From Planctomycetota bacterium (GTDB taxonomy: Bacteria > Planctomycetota > UBA1135 > UBA2386): a stretch of DNA of 64,000 nt. Shown here piece after piece: positions 53,099 through 62,252 of the stretch. Position 1 is the first letter of the stretch. Each line of letters begins with the position of its first letter. Below the pieces are notes generated by a model. That model made no database searches. It saw only the letters and a list, made by a program, of their open reading frames with translations, and was not told where the DNA came from. Position numbers and translations under genes: made by a program. The stretch covers positions 1,325 through 65,324 of the forward strand of contig VGZG01000009.1 of the NCBI GenBank assembly GCA_016872675.1, read 5' to 3'.

Positions 53099-53644
53099 CT
53101 GCGCGGCCTCGCGCTGCTGGCGCGGACGCAGCTCGACGCCGCGGATCTCAACGCGATCCTTCGGCTTGCTGCGCTCGCCGCCGCTGCTGAAGTCGCACTC
53201 GACCGACGCGATGGCGTCGAGCACGTCGAGGCCCTCTTCGACCTTGCCGAAGACCGTGTACTGACCATCCAGGAAGTTGGCATGGTCGCCGTGAACGATG
53301 AAGAACTGCGAGCCCGCCGAGTTCGGATCGCGGGCACGCGCCATCGACAGCACGCCACGCGTGTGCGGGACGTCGTTGAACTCGGCCGGCAGCTGGTAGC
53401 CCGGCCCGCCGGTGCCCGGCATGCCCTTGGCGCCCTTCTTGGAGTGCGGGCAGCCGGTCTGCACCATGAAGTTGCGGATGATGCGGTGAAACGCGACGCC
53501 GTCGTAGAAGCCCTGCTGCGCCAGCGTCAGGAAGCTGAGCACGTGCCGCGGCGCCTGTTCCGGGAAGAAGGTGACGACCAGCGGGCCCTTGTCGGTGACG
53601 AGGACCGCTTCGATGGTTTTGGGATCGGTCGATTCGAGATCCAT
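53075..53644 (-). CDS. Cyclophilin-type peptidyl-prolyl cis-trans isomerase (cytoplasmic form)
   Basis: FYDGVAFHRIIRNFMVQTGCP, GVLSMARARDPNSAGSQFFI and TVFGKVEEGLDVLDAI. Confidence 0.92.
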   Translation of the reverse strand: MDLESTDPKTIEAVLVTDKGPLVVTFFPEQAPRHVLSFLTLAQQGFYDGVAFHRIIRNFMVQTGCPHSKKGAKGMPGTGGPGYQLPAEFNDVPHTRGVLSMARARDPNSAGSQFFIVHGDHANFLDGQYTVFGKVEEGLDVLDAIASVECDFSSGGERSKPKDRVEIRGVELRPRQQREAAQPQQDGGQ

Positions 53645-53694
53645 GGCGGGAACCCGGCATCGTGCCCGACGACCCCGCCCGACGCCACCGGCGA

Positions 53695-54657
53695 CTACTT
53701 CTTCACCGGCAGGACGATCGCCGCGAGCAGCACGACCGGCGCGATCGGCAGCTCGCGCGTCGGCCCGCCAACCTGGACCTCGGCGATGCGATCGAGCGTG
53801 TCCGCGCCCTCGACGAGGTTGCCGAAGGCGGTGAACTTGCGATCGAGGTGCGGCGACTCGCGGTGGCAGACGAAGAAGCCGGAACCCGCCGAGTTCGGGT
53901 CGCTGGTGCGCGCCATCGACAGCGTGCCGCGCAGGTGACGCAGGTCGTTGAACTCAGCCGGGATCGCGTAGCCCGGGCCGCCGCTGCCCCACTTCTCCTG
54001 CGCCGCCTCGTCCTTGGTGAACGGGCAACCGCCTTGCACCATGAAGCCGCGGCTCACGCGGTGGAACTTGGTGCCGTCGTAGAAGCCCTGCAGGCACAGC
54101 TTGACGAAGTTCTCGACGTGGCCCTTGGCCTTGTCGGGGCGGAAGGCGAGCCGCATCTCGCCATAGTTGGTGATCAGCACGACCTCGGTCTTGGCGAGGT
54201 CGAGCGCGGCGAGGTCGACCTGCGCTGGATCCGGCGCGACCTGCAGCGAACAGGCGACGTCGGGATGGTCGGTGAGCGCGAGCGTCACACGGCCGACCGC
54301 GCCGTGCGTCGGCGACGGCAGCAGCGCGCTGCCCGGCAGGCGCAGCGCGCGCTCGACGCGCGTGCCGGCGGCGAGTGGCACGACGCCGCCCTTGCCCGGC
54401 CGCGTGATCGGCGGCAGCTCGGCGCCATCGCAGCGCACCGCGAGGTTCACGCCGGAAAGCAGGTCGCCGGGCACCTCGGCGTCGGCGGTCGCCTCGATCA
54501 CGAGGCGCGCTTCGAGTTCGCCGCGCGCAGTCGCCAGCGGACGCGTGATCAGCGTCATGCGGACGCCCGGCAGTTGCTGCGCGGGCAGGGCGGGCAGGGC
54601 GAAGGCGAACAGGGCGAGGGCGAAGCGGGGCATGGCTGGGTGCGGGCGAAAGGTCAT
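53695..54657 (-). CDS. Secreted cyclophilin-type PPIase with ~170-aa N-terminal domain of unknown function
   Basis: Signal peptide MPRFALALFAFALPALPAQ (alternative start 54633). The C-terminal half has FYDGTKFHRVSRGFMVQGGCP, GTLSMARTSDPNSAGSGFFV and TAFGNLVEGADTLDRI. Confidence 0.85.
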   Translation of the reverse strand: MTFRPHPAMPRFALALFAFALPALPAQQLPGVRMTLITRPLATARGELEARLVIEATADAEVPGDLLSGVNLAVRCDGAELPPITRPGKGGVVPLAAGTRVERALRLPGSALLPSPTHGAVGRVTLALTDHPDVACSLQVAPDPAQVDLAALDLAKTEVVLITNYGEMRLAFRPDKAKGHVENFVKLCLQGFYDGTKFHRVSRGFMVQGGCPFTKDEAAQEKWGSGGPGYAIPAEFNDLRHLRGTLSMARTSDPNSAGSGFFVCHRESPHLDRKFTAFGNLVEGADTLDRIAEVQVGGPTRELPIAPVVLLAAIVLPVKK

Positions 54658-54707
54658 AGCGGCGGCGCGGCGGGGCGCGCTAGTCCCGCGCGCCGTGGCC
54701 GTCACGA

Positions 54708-55160
54708 TCACGCGCCGGCGGCGGCAGCGAACGGCGCTGGTCGCTGCCGGCGCGGCAACAGGTCGCCAGCCGTGCCAAAGCGCCAGCGCTGCAGCACGAG
54801 GAGATGGTCGAACCACAGCATGCACGCCGGCTGCTCAGCCGTGACCGCGTCGTACGAAACGCTGCCGGAGAGGTTCTCGTCGCCGTACTGCACTTCGATG
54901 CCCCAGCCAGCGGCGTCGCGCCAGGTCCACAGCAGCGCCGCGCCGGCGTTGCCGTCGACGTCGACGTCGTATTCGACGACGCGCCACGGCGCGCCGAGGC
55001 GCTGCAGACACTCGCCGAGCGACGAGCGCCCGGGCGCGAGGCCGGCGAGGTCGGCTTCGGCGACGGGCTCCTGCAGGCGCACGCGGTCGTAGGAGCCGGT
55101 GACACAGGCGGGCAGCGCCAGCAGCATCGCCGCGGCGCAGCGGGTCGTCGGCCGACTCAC
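54708..55160 (-). CDS. Small lipoprotein, BamE/SmpA-OmlA-like (paralog B)
   Basis: GTG 55160 (GTGA overlap) gives [19 protein letters not shown] (lipobox). [22 protein letters not shown] resembles the BamE fold motif. The family call is tentative. Confidence 0.55.
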   Translation of the reverse strand: MSRPTTRCAAAMLLALPACVTGSYDRVRLQEPVAEADLAGLAPGRSSLGECLQRLGAPWRVVEYDVDVDGNAGAALLWTWRDAAGWGIEVQYGDENLSGSVSYDAVTAEQPACMLWFDHLLVLQRWRFGTAGDLLPRRQRPAPFAAAAGA

Positions 55161-55585
55161 CGGCCCGACTCCGCGCGCTTGGCGTCGCGCGCAGCGTGGT
55201 CCTCGGGCTCGTGCACGTCCTCCCACGGCAGCGCGTACTGCGTGCGGTGCGTCGACAGCGTCGCGCCGTAGTGCAACAGCACATCCTTGTCGTCGAAGAA
55301 CAGCCAGACGCGGTCCTGGCGCGCGTCCTGGTTGCCGAAGTTGATCACGCCGAGGAACAGCGCCGAGCTCTTCGTGCGCGTCGCGTCGTAGCGGTAGGCG
55401 CTGCGGCGGCCGAGTTGCACCACCTCCGTCGGCGCGCCGAGGGCAGCGACGACCTCGGCGGCTTTCGTCGCGCCGGGCTGGAACGCGCGCAGCGCGGCGC
55501 CGTCGATCGGTTCGTTGACGTCCTGGCGGCCGAGGGCGCAGCTGGCGAGCAGGAGAAGGGACGCGGCGGAGGTGCGGCGGAGCAT
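55157..55585 (-). CDS. Small lipoprotein, BamE/SmpA-OmlA-like (paralog A)
   Basis: This is the 3' end of the chimeric track ORF 55157..56680. ATG 55585 gives [16 protein letters not shown] (lipobox). [22 protein letters not shown] is present. The family call is tentative. Confidence 0.6.
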   Translation of the reverse strand: MLRRTSAASLLLLASCALGRQDVNEPIDGAALRAFQPGATKAAEVVAALGAPTEVVQLGRRSAYRYDATRTKSSALFLGVINFGNQDARQDRVWLFFDDKDVLLHYGATLSTHRTQYALPWEDVHEPEDHAARDAKRAESGR

Positions 55586-55650
55586 AGGGGATTCGTGGGC
55601 GGCGCAGAGCGTAAGTGCGACACCGGGGCAAACGTAGCGATCACCGGCGG

Positions 55651-56829
55651 TCAGCGCTCGAACTCGAGCGCGAGGCCCATGCCGCCACTCATGCACAGCG
55701 TCGCGAGGCCACGCTTGCCGCCGCGGCGCGCGAGTTCGTGCAACAGCGTGACGACGATGCGCGCGCCGGTGGCGCCGATCGGGTGGCCGAGCGCGATCGC
55801 GCCGCCGTTGACGTTGAGCCGGTCGGCGGCGATCGGCAGGTCGCGCAGGCAAGCGAGCATCTGCGCGGCGAAGGCCTCGTTGAGCTCGACGAGGTCGTAG
55901 TCGGCGAGTTGGCGGCCGTTCTTCCGCAGCAGCGTCTTCACCGCCGGCACCGGGCCGATGCCCATGATGCGCGGCGACACGCCAGCGGTCGCCGAGGCGC
56001 CGAGCCACGCCAGCGGTCGCAGACCGCGGCGCGCGACCTCGCTGGCGGGCATCAAAACGAGCGCGGCGCCACCGTCGGTGATGCCCGAGCTGTTGCCGGC
56101 GTGCACGGTGCCGACCTTGGGTCGGAACACCGGCGGCAGCTTCTGCAGGTCGTCGAGCGCCACGCCCGGGCGCACGTGTTCGTCGGTGGCGACGGTGACC
56201 GTGCCCTTGCGCCCCTGGATCGTCACCGGCGCGATCTCGTCGCCAAAGCGTCCCGCCTGCTGCGCCGCTTCGCCGCGCTGGTGCGAGCGCAGCGCGTACT
56301 CGTCCTGCTCGGCGCGGCCGATCTTGTAGTCGTCGGCGAGGTACTCGGCAGTCATGCCCATCGGCTCGCCGAGGATGCCGCAGGTGAAGCCGTCCTGATA
56401 GTTGCCGTCCTTCACCTCGACGTGGCCGAGGCGGTAACCGTTGCGGAAGTCGGGCAGCAGGAACGGGATGTTCGTCATGCTCTCCATGCCGCCGGCGACC
56501 ACCACCTTGCGGCCGTCCAGCAGGATCGCCGCGCGCGCGAGGTCGATCGCCTTGAGGCTGCTGCCGCAGGCCTTGTTGACGGTCAGGGCGACGCAGCCGT
56601 CGCCGCAGCCGGCCTTGATGGCGACCTGGCGAGCCGGGTTGGGGCCCGAACCGAGCTGGCGAGCCTGGCCCAGAATGCACTCCTCGACGTCGGTCGGCGC
56701 GACGCCAGCGGCGGCGAGCGCGGCCGCGACCGCGTGCGCGCCCAGGTCGACCGCCGACAACGGCGACAGGCCGCCCAGAAACTTGCCGATCGGGGTGCGC
56801 CTGGCGCTGACGACTGCGATGCGTTCCAT
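55651..56829 (-). CDS. Acetyl-CoA C-acetyltransferase (thiolase II)
   Basis: [14 protein letters not shown], active-site [38 protein letters not shown] and CMSGGMGLA. Starts at ATG 56829. Confidence 0.93.
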   Translation of the reverse strand: MERIAVVSARRTPIGKFLGGLSPLSAVDLGAHAVAAALAAAGVAPTDVEECILGQARQLGSGPNPARQVAIKAGCGDGCVALTVNKACGSSLKAIDLARAAILLDGRKVVVAGGMESMTNIPFLLPDFRNGYRLGHVEVKDGNYQDGFTCGILGEPMGMTAEYLADDYKIGRAEQDEYALRSHQRGEAAQQAGRFGDEIAPVTIQGRKGTVTVATDEHVRPGVALDDLQKLPPVFRPKVGTVHAGNSSGITDGGAALVLMPASEVARRGLRPLAWLGASATAGVSPRIMGIGPVPAVKTLLRKNGRQLADYDLVELNEAFAAQMLACLRDLPIAADRLNVNGGAIALGHPIGATGARIVVTLLHELARRGGKRGLATLCMSGGMGLALEFER

Positions 56830-56942
56830 CGCCGGCAGCATCGAGCCGATCCCACCGAGCCGCAACCGCTTGCAGGCGGTTTCCGCAGCCGCCGGCAGAG
56901 CGCCTTCACCGGGGCTCAGACCCTGGTCGATAGCCCGGTCGT

Positions 56943-57533
56943 ATGTCGCTGCGAACGCGCCTTGGCAACCAGCAGGAGGGGGAACGGTTCCCCGAGACGG
57001 TCGCCCAATGGCGGTTGCAGCTGCGCACCGAGGTGAAGAACTCGTCGGCGCTGCCGACGTCGGTCTTCCATGGGCGCGACGCGCAGCTCGAGGCCATGCT
57101 GGCGGCGTCGACCGAGGCCATGCTGGCGCGCCTGCAGGTGCCAACACCCGCGGTCCGCGCCGCGTCGCCCGGCGGCCAGCAGCGGCTCGAGGCCGTGCCA
57201 GCGGACGAACTGCGCGCGCTGCCGGCGCGGCTCGCCGATGACGGCACGCCACCGCAGCTCGACGATCACGCTGCCATCGAGGCGCTCGCGGTCCTGACCG
57301 ATGCCGCGCTGGGCGCCGACCCCATCGCCGCCGACACCGCCCGTGCGCTGCTGCGCGAACGGCTCGGCGCCAGTCCCGGCGCCGACGTCGAGGAAACTGC
57401 CGCGCGCCTGCGCCAGTGTCTGCTCACCGGCCTCGCCGATGACCCTGCCGTCGCCGAGGCGATCGCGGCCGTCGCTCGCCGCGTCGCCAACGCGATCGCC
57501 ACCGAGTCGACGCCGGCAACGGAGCAGCCATGA
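56943..57533 (+). CDS. Hypothetical protein, translationally coupled to the HD-GYP gene
   Basis: ATG start 113 bp from the divergent thiolase start. A/L/E-rich helical protein. Its stop overlaps the next ATG (ATGA at 57530-57533). No family recognised. Confidence 0.5.
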   Translation: MSLRTRLGNQQEGERFPETVAQWRLQLRTEVKNSSALPTSVFHGRDAQLEAMLAASTEAMLARLQVPTPAVRAASPGGQQRLEAVPADELRALPARLADDGTPPQLDDHAAIEALAVLTDAALGADPIAADTARALLRERLGASPGADVEETAARLRQCLLTGLADDPAVAEAIAAVARRVANAIATESTPATEQP

Positions 57534-59008
57534 GTCTCGCACTCGGCCAGATCCGGCGCGATGCCGTCGTCGCGTTCGTCAACGCCTTCGTCGTCGCCGC
57601 GCTCAATCGCCAAGTGCACGAGCGCGACAGCCGCTGGGTCGAGGACACGCTCACCGACGTCGTTGCGACGCTGCGCACCGCCGCTGCGGTCGGCGCCGAG
57701 TCGCCGCTGCTGCTGCAGTTCGACGACGACCGAATCTGCTACGACGGCGTGCCGCTCGACGGACCGAGCCTACAGGCGCGCTCGCTGCTGCGGCGCTGCT
57801 CCGAGCGCGGCATCGCCATGCTGGCCTTCCACGCCGGCCTCGACGCCGCCGAGTGCAACCGCCTGTTCGACCTGCTGCTGCTGCGCGCCAACGTCTCCGC
57901 CTTCACGCGCGAGAACCGCGAGGCGGCGCTGTCGGCGTTCGGCGTGCGCAACGTCGGCGTGACGCTGCGCAGCATCGGCGATCCCGGCAACCGCCGCGCC
58001 GCGCTCGATCCCGAGGCGCGCGCGCTGCGCCACTACCAGGAGCTCGCCGAGAGCCTGCAAGACAACCATTGCCGCGCGCTGCGCGACCTGGAGCTGACCA
58101 TCGACGACGCCGCCGCGGTGGTCGAACGCACGCTCGCCGACTTCGACGAGCCGAGCCACCTGCTGGCGCTGGCGACGCAGGACGACGTGGATCGATTCAC
58201 CGTCGGCCACTCGGTGCGCGTCGCGCTGCTGGCGCTGCAGGTCGCGCGCCGGCTCGGCCACGGCCGCGACGAACTGGTCCGCATTGGCTCGGCCGCGCTG
58301 CTGCACGACATCGGCAAGTCCAAGGTGCCGCAGGAAGTGCTGTTCAAGCAGGGCCCGCTCGACGAGGCGGAATGGCGCGCGATGGCGCAGCACCCGCGCC
58401 TTGGCGCGCAGATCCTGCTCGAGCAGAAGGAGCGCGTCGAGCTGACCGCGGTCGGCGCCGCGTTCTGCCACCACATGGGCGCCGAGGGCGGCTACCCGGA
58501 CGCGACCGTGCCGGTGCGTCCGAGCGGCGCCAGCCGGCTCATCCGCGTCTGCGACGTATTCGAAGCGCTGACGTCGATCCGGCCCTACAAGCGGGCGCTG
58601 ACGCCGATCGAGGCCTACGCGGTGATGAGCCGCGATCCGCGCGATTTCGATCGCGGCTGGCTGCGCGCGTTCGTGCAGACCATCGGCCTCTTTCCGGACG
58701 GCACGCGGCTGCGCCTCGCTGACGGCGCGCGCGCGGTCGTGCGCGCGCAGACGACCTGCCCGGACCGTCCGATCGTGCAGTTGCTGACCGGCCCCGACGA
58801 CACCGAGCTGGCGGCCGGACAGCCCGACCACTTCACCGTCGGCGACACGTGCGAAGGCCGGGTCCTGCGCGTCGCGCAGATCGAGACGCAGGAACGCCGC
58901 GTCGACGTGCCCGAGCTCGGCGAAGCGTTGCCCGCGGCGTGCGTCGGCCACGCATGCGTGCCCGACGCCATCGCCAAGGCAACGGCGGCACAGTCGCCGG
59001 CGCGCTGA
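57530..59008 (+). CDS. HD-GYP domain phosphodiesterase (c-di-GMP-type) with N-terminal sensor-like domain
   Basis: GHSVRVALLAL, AALLHDIGKSKVP, HPRLGAQIL, FCHHMGAEGGYP and VCDVFEALTSIRPYK. Confidence 0.88.
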   Translation: MSLALGQIRRDAVVAFVNAFVVAALNRQVHERDSRWVEDTLTDVVATLRTAAAVGAESPLLLQFDDDRICYDGVPLDGPSLQARSLLRRCSERGIAMLAFHAGLDAAECNRLFDLLLLRANVSAFTRENREAALSAFGVRNVGVTLRSIGDPGNRRAALDPEARALRHYQELAESLQDNHCRALRDLELTIDDAAAVVERTLADFDEPSHLLALATQDDVDRFTVGHSVRVALLALQVARRLGHGRDELVRIGSAALLHDIGKSKVPQEVLFKQGPLDEAEWRAMAQHPRLGAQILLEQKERVELTAVGAAFCHHMGAEGGYPDATVPVRPSGASRLIRVCDVFEALTSIRPYKRALTPIEAYAVMSRDPRDFDRGWLRAFVQTIGLFPDGTRLRLADGARAVVRAQTTCPDRPIVQLLTGPDDTELAAGQPDHFTVGDTCEGRVLRVAQIETQERRVDVPELGEALPAACVGHACVPDAIAKATAAQSPAR

Positions 59009-59041
59009 CATCCCTGCGCCGGCGTCCTACAATACGGCGGC

Positions 59042-60094
59042 ATGATCCCAATCACGCTCGCGGCGTTGGCGCTGCTGCCGCAAGAACTGCCGGCAAAGCC
59101 CGCCGCGCCGGCTGCCGTTCCCGCCGGGTCGCCCGAACCCGCCGCCTACGACCCGCTCGCCGTGCCCGACGGCGAAGCGCCGTCGCTGGCGCTGTCGTTC
59201 CTCGACGCGACTCGCGACCGCGCCATCCCAGTGCGCGTCTACCTGCCGGCGGCGACGACGCCGCCGACGCCAGCGCCGGTGATCGTCTGGAGCCACGGCC
59301 TCGGCGGCTCGCGCGACAACTCGCCGTACCTCGGGACGCACTGGAGCAAGCGCGGCTACGTCTGCGTGTTCCTGCAGCACCCAGGCAGCGACGAGGCGGT
59401 CTGGCGCGACGCGCCGCTGCGCGAGCGCATGGGCTCGCTGCGCGCGGCCGCATCCATGCAGAACCTCGGGCTGCGTTGCGAGGACGTCAGCAAGGCGCTG
59501 GACCAGCTCGCCCTCTGGCATGCCGACGCCAAGCACGAACTGCACGGCCGACTCGACCTCGAGCGCGTCGGCCTGTGCGGTCATTCGTTCGGCGCGCAGA
59601 CGACGCAGTGCGTCGGCGGCCAGTCGGCGCCGTTGATTGGCGCGCGCTTTCGGGACAACCGCATCGACGCGGCGCTGCCCATGAGTCCCGCCCCACCGGC
59701 GCGCGTCGACGTGCGCAAGGCGTTTGGCGACGTGCAGATCCCTTGGCTGCTGATGACCGGCACGCACGATGGCTCGCCGATCCTCGACCCCGACCGCGAC
59801 CCCGCGGACCGCCGCAAGGTCTACCCGGCGCTGCCGACGTCGATCGACCGCTACGAGTTGGTGCTGCACGAAGCCGAGCACTCGGCGTTCGGCGAGGCGC
59901 CGCTGCGCGGCGAGACGAAGGCGCGCAAGGCGATGCACCACCGCTCGATCCTGGCGCTGTCGACCGCGTTCTGGGACTGCCATCTGCGCGGCGACGCCGC
60001 CGCGCGCGCATGGCTGCACGGCGACGGCCCGCGGCGCGTGCTCGACGCCGAAGACCTCTGGCAGTTCGCCGCGGCGGCGGCGAAGCCGCGGTGA
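59042..60094 (+). CDS. Secreted alpha/beta hydrolase (PAF-acetylhydrolase / dienelactone-hydrolase-like)
   Basis: N-terminal signal-like segment. PVIVWSHGLGGSR, nucleophile elbow GLCGHSFGAQ, LLMTGTHDG and LHEAEHSAF. Confidence 0.78.
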   Translation: MIPITLAALALLPQELPAKPAAPAAVPAGSPEPAAYDPLAVPDGEAPSLALSFLDATRDRAIPVRVYLPAATTPPTPAPVIVWSHGLGGSRDNSPYLGTHWSKRGYVCVFLQHPGSDEAVWRDAPLRERMGSLRAAASMQNLGLRCEDVSKALDQLALWHADAKHELHGRLDLERVGLCGHSFGAQTTQCVGGQSAPLIGARFRDNRIDAALPMSPAPPARVDVRKAFGDVQIPWLLMTGTHDGSPILDPDRDPADRRKVYPALPTSIDRYELVLHEAEHSAFGEAPLRGETKARKAMHHRSILALSTAFWDCHLRGDAAARAWLHGDGPRRVLDAEDLWQFAAAAAKPR

Positions 60095-60873
60095 CCGAAG
60101 CCGGCGAGCGCGCCCTTCCCTTGCCGGCGGCCAGCGACCAAGATGCCGGTGTGACCGCCGCCAAACCGAGCCTGCCGCCGCTGCCCGTGCTGTGGCGGCG
60201 TGTCCCCGCCGGGCGCGTGCTCGCCTTCGCGCCGCATCCCGACGATGAGGTCGCCGGCCCCGGCGGCGTGCTCGCCATGCACGCCGCACAGGGCGACGCG
60301 GTGCGCGTCGTCGTCGCGACCGACGGCACGTCGGGCGATCCCGACGGCCGCCACGCGCCCGGCGCATTCGCGGCGCTGCGCCGGCGCGAGTCGCAGGAAG
60401 GGCTGCGCCTGCTCGGCGTGCACGATGTGCGCTTCTGGGGCTTTCCCGACGGCCACGTGCTCAGCGAGACCGACCTGCAGAACGCCGCGGCGCTGGCGGC
60501 GCGCGAACTCGCCGAGCACCGGCCCGACGTCGTCTACCTGCCGTGGGAACACGACGGCCATCCCGACCACCACCGCCTGCACGTGATCGTCACGCGCGCG
60601 CTGGCGGCGGCCGGCTTCCGCGGCCTCGCGCTCGGCTACGAAGTGTGGAACGCGATGGTGCCCGACGTCATCGTCGAGACGACCGCGGTGTTCGCGCAGA
60701 AGCAGGCGGCGATGCTCACCCACCAGAGCCAGATCGCCTACACGCAGTACGACCACTGCCTCGGCGGCCTGTCGGCCTACCGCTCGCTCGTGCACCTGCG
60801 TGGCCGCGGCTACGGCGAGGCGTTCCGGCGCGTGTCGGGCGCGCTGCCGGCAGCGCTCGCCGAAGCGACGTAG
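60091..60873 (+). CDS. PIG-L / LmbE-family N-acetylglucosaminyl deacetylase
   Basis: This is the 3' part of the chimeric track ORF 58849..60873. VLAFAPHPDDEVAGPGG, VVVATDGTSG and HPDHHRLH are present. GTG 60091 forms a GTGA overlap with the hydrolase stop. Confidence 0.82.
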   Translation: MTEAGERALPLPAASDQDAGVTAAKPSLPPLPVLWRRVPAGRVLAFAPHPDDEVAGPGGVLAMHAAQGDAVRVVVATDGTSGDPDGRHAPGAFAALRRRESQEGLRLLGVHDVRFWGFPDGHVLSETDLQNAAALAARELAEHRPDVVYLPWEHDGHPDHHRLHVIVTRALAAAGFRGLALGYEVWNAMVPDVIVETTAVFAQKQAAMLTHQSQIAYTQYDHCLGGLSAYRSLVHLRGRGYGEAFRRVSGALPAALAEAT

Positions 60874-62093
60874 CGCGCGAGCAGCAGGCCGAGCGCGCCG
60901 GCGCCGACGAGCGCCGCGGCGACGGCGACGAACGTGCCGGCGTGGCGCGCGAGCAGTTCGCCGGTGACGGCCATCGCCGGGGCGAGCGGCACTGGCTGGG
61001 GCGGCACGCCCTCCTGCCGCGGCGGCACGTGCGGCGCCGCCAACTGCAGCACGTCGCCCGACACGCGGGTGAACGTGGCCCCGCCCTGCTGCGAAGCCAC
61101 GGGATGCTCGAAGGCGTAGGTCACTGCGCCGGCGACGACGAGCGCCGCCAAGGCCATGCGAGCGCGCGCGCCGCCGCGCTGCAGCAGGTCGGCGGCGCAC
61201 AAGGCCAGCGGCACGGCGAGCAACGCCGCGAAGCGCATGACGTCGTACGCGAACCACATCAGCGGCAGCACGCCGAACACGAACAGCAGCAGGCCGAGCC
61301 GGCCGCCGACCGGCGCCGCGCCGCTGCGCCAGCCGGCGGCGACGACCGCGAGCAGCGGCCCGAACTCGGCGACGACCACCAGCAACCACAACGCCCACAG
61401 CGCCGGCAGCAGCCACGGCGCCCAGAAGTTGTTCTCGACGTAGTAGCCCGCCGCGTAGCCGCCTGGTGGCGCCTGCGCGGCGACGAACAGCCGCCAAGCG
61501 CCGTACGCCGCGACGACCAGCGCGCCGGCGAGGCCATCGCCGCGCCACGAGCCGCCGTGGCGCAACCGCAGCCAGAACAGCCATGGCCCGAAGAACAGCA
61601 TCAGCTCGTGGCTGAGCGCGCCGAGCAGCGCGCACGGCCACAGCCGCCAAGGTCGCGCCGCCCAGTGCGCCGCCAGCAGCAGCAGTGCGAGGCACAGCGG
61701 ATCGCTGAAGCACGCCATGGTCTGATAGACCAGCACGCCGCCGCTCACGGTGACCGCGGCGGCCGCGAGCGCGCCGTCGACGCGACGGCCGGTGCGCCCG
61801 CTCACGACGAAGAACACGGTCGCGAGCAACGCGCCGTTGCACAGCGCGCTGAAGCCGACGACGCCGAGCCCGCACGCCGCCGCCGCGCCGGCCAGCAGCG
61901 GCCACAGCACGCGGTGCGGGAAGGCGCCGTCGCAACCGAGCGGATTGGCAGCCATGGCCGCGAAGCGCTCGCCGTGGCCAGGGAACGGCGCGGCAGCGGC
62001 TGGCACGAGCCACTGCGCCAACGCCAGCAGCAGCGCGCCGGCTGCGGCCGCGAAGCAGAGATCGAGCAGGCGCTGGGCGCGGCCAGCAGGCAT
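60810..62093 (-). CDS. Polytopic integral membrane protein, function unknown
   Basis: Starts at ATG 62093 inside the chimeric track ORF 60810..62660. About 10 hydrophobic segments with W/F/L-rich loops (WLFWLRLRHGG, YYVENNFWAPWLLPALWALWLL). The tail overlaps the PIG-L gene by 64 nt (convergent). Confidence 0.6.
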   Translation of the reverse strand: MPAGRAQRLLDLCFAAAAGALLLALAQWLVPAAAAPFPGHGERFAAMAANPLGCDGAFPHRVLWPLLAGAAAACGLGVVGFSALCNGALLATVFFVVSGRTGRRVDGALAAAAVTVSGGVLVYQTMACFSDPLCLALLLLAAHWAARPWRLWPCALLGALSHELMLFFGPWLFWLRLRHGGSWRGDGLAGALVVAAYGAWRLFVAAQAPPGGYAAGYYVENNFWAPWLLPALWALWLLVVVAEFGPLLAVVAAGWRSGAAPVGGRLGLLLFVFGVLPLMWFAYDVMRFAALLAVPLALCAADLLQRGGARARMALAALVVAGAVTYAFEHPVASQQGGATFTRVSGDVLQLAAPHVPPRQEGVPPQPVPLAPAMAVTGELLARHAGTFVAVAAALVGAGALGLLLARYVASASAAGSAPDTRRNASP

Positions 62094-62252
62094 CGCGGCG
62101 CAGGCTACCCAATCGCCGGGCCGCCACCAAGCGCCGCGGCGGCCACGGCGCGCGCGACCGGGGCGATGACGCCGGCGATGCGCCGTCTGCGGAGCCGGCA
62201 CGGGACGACGCTTGACGCCAGACGGCCGCCGACCGACCCTTGGCGCTTGCCG

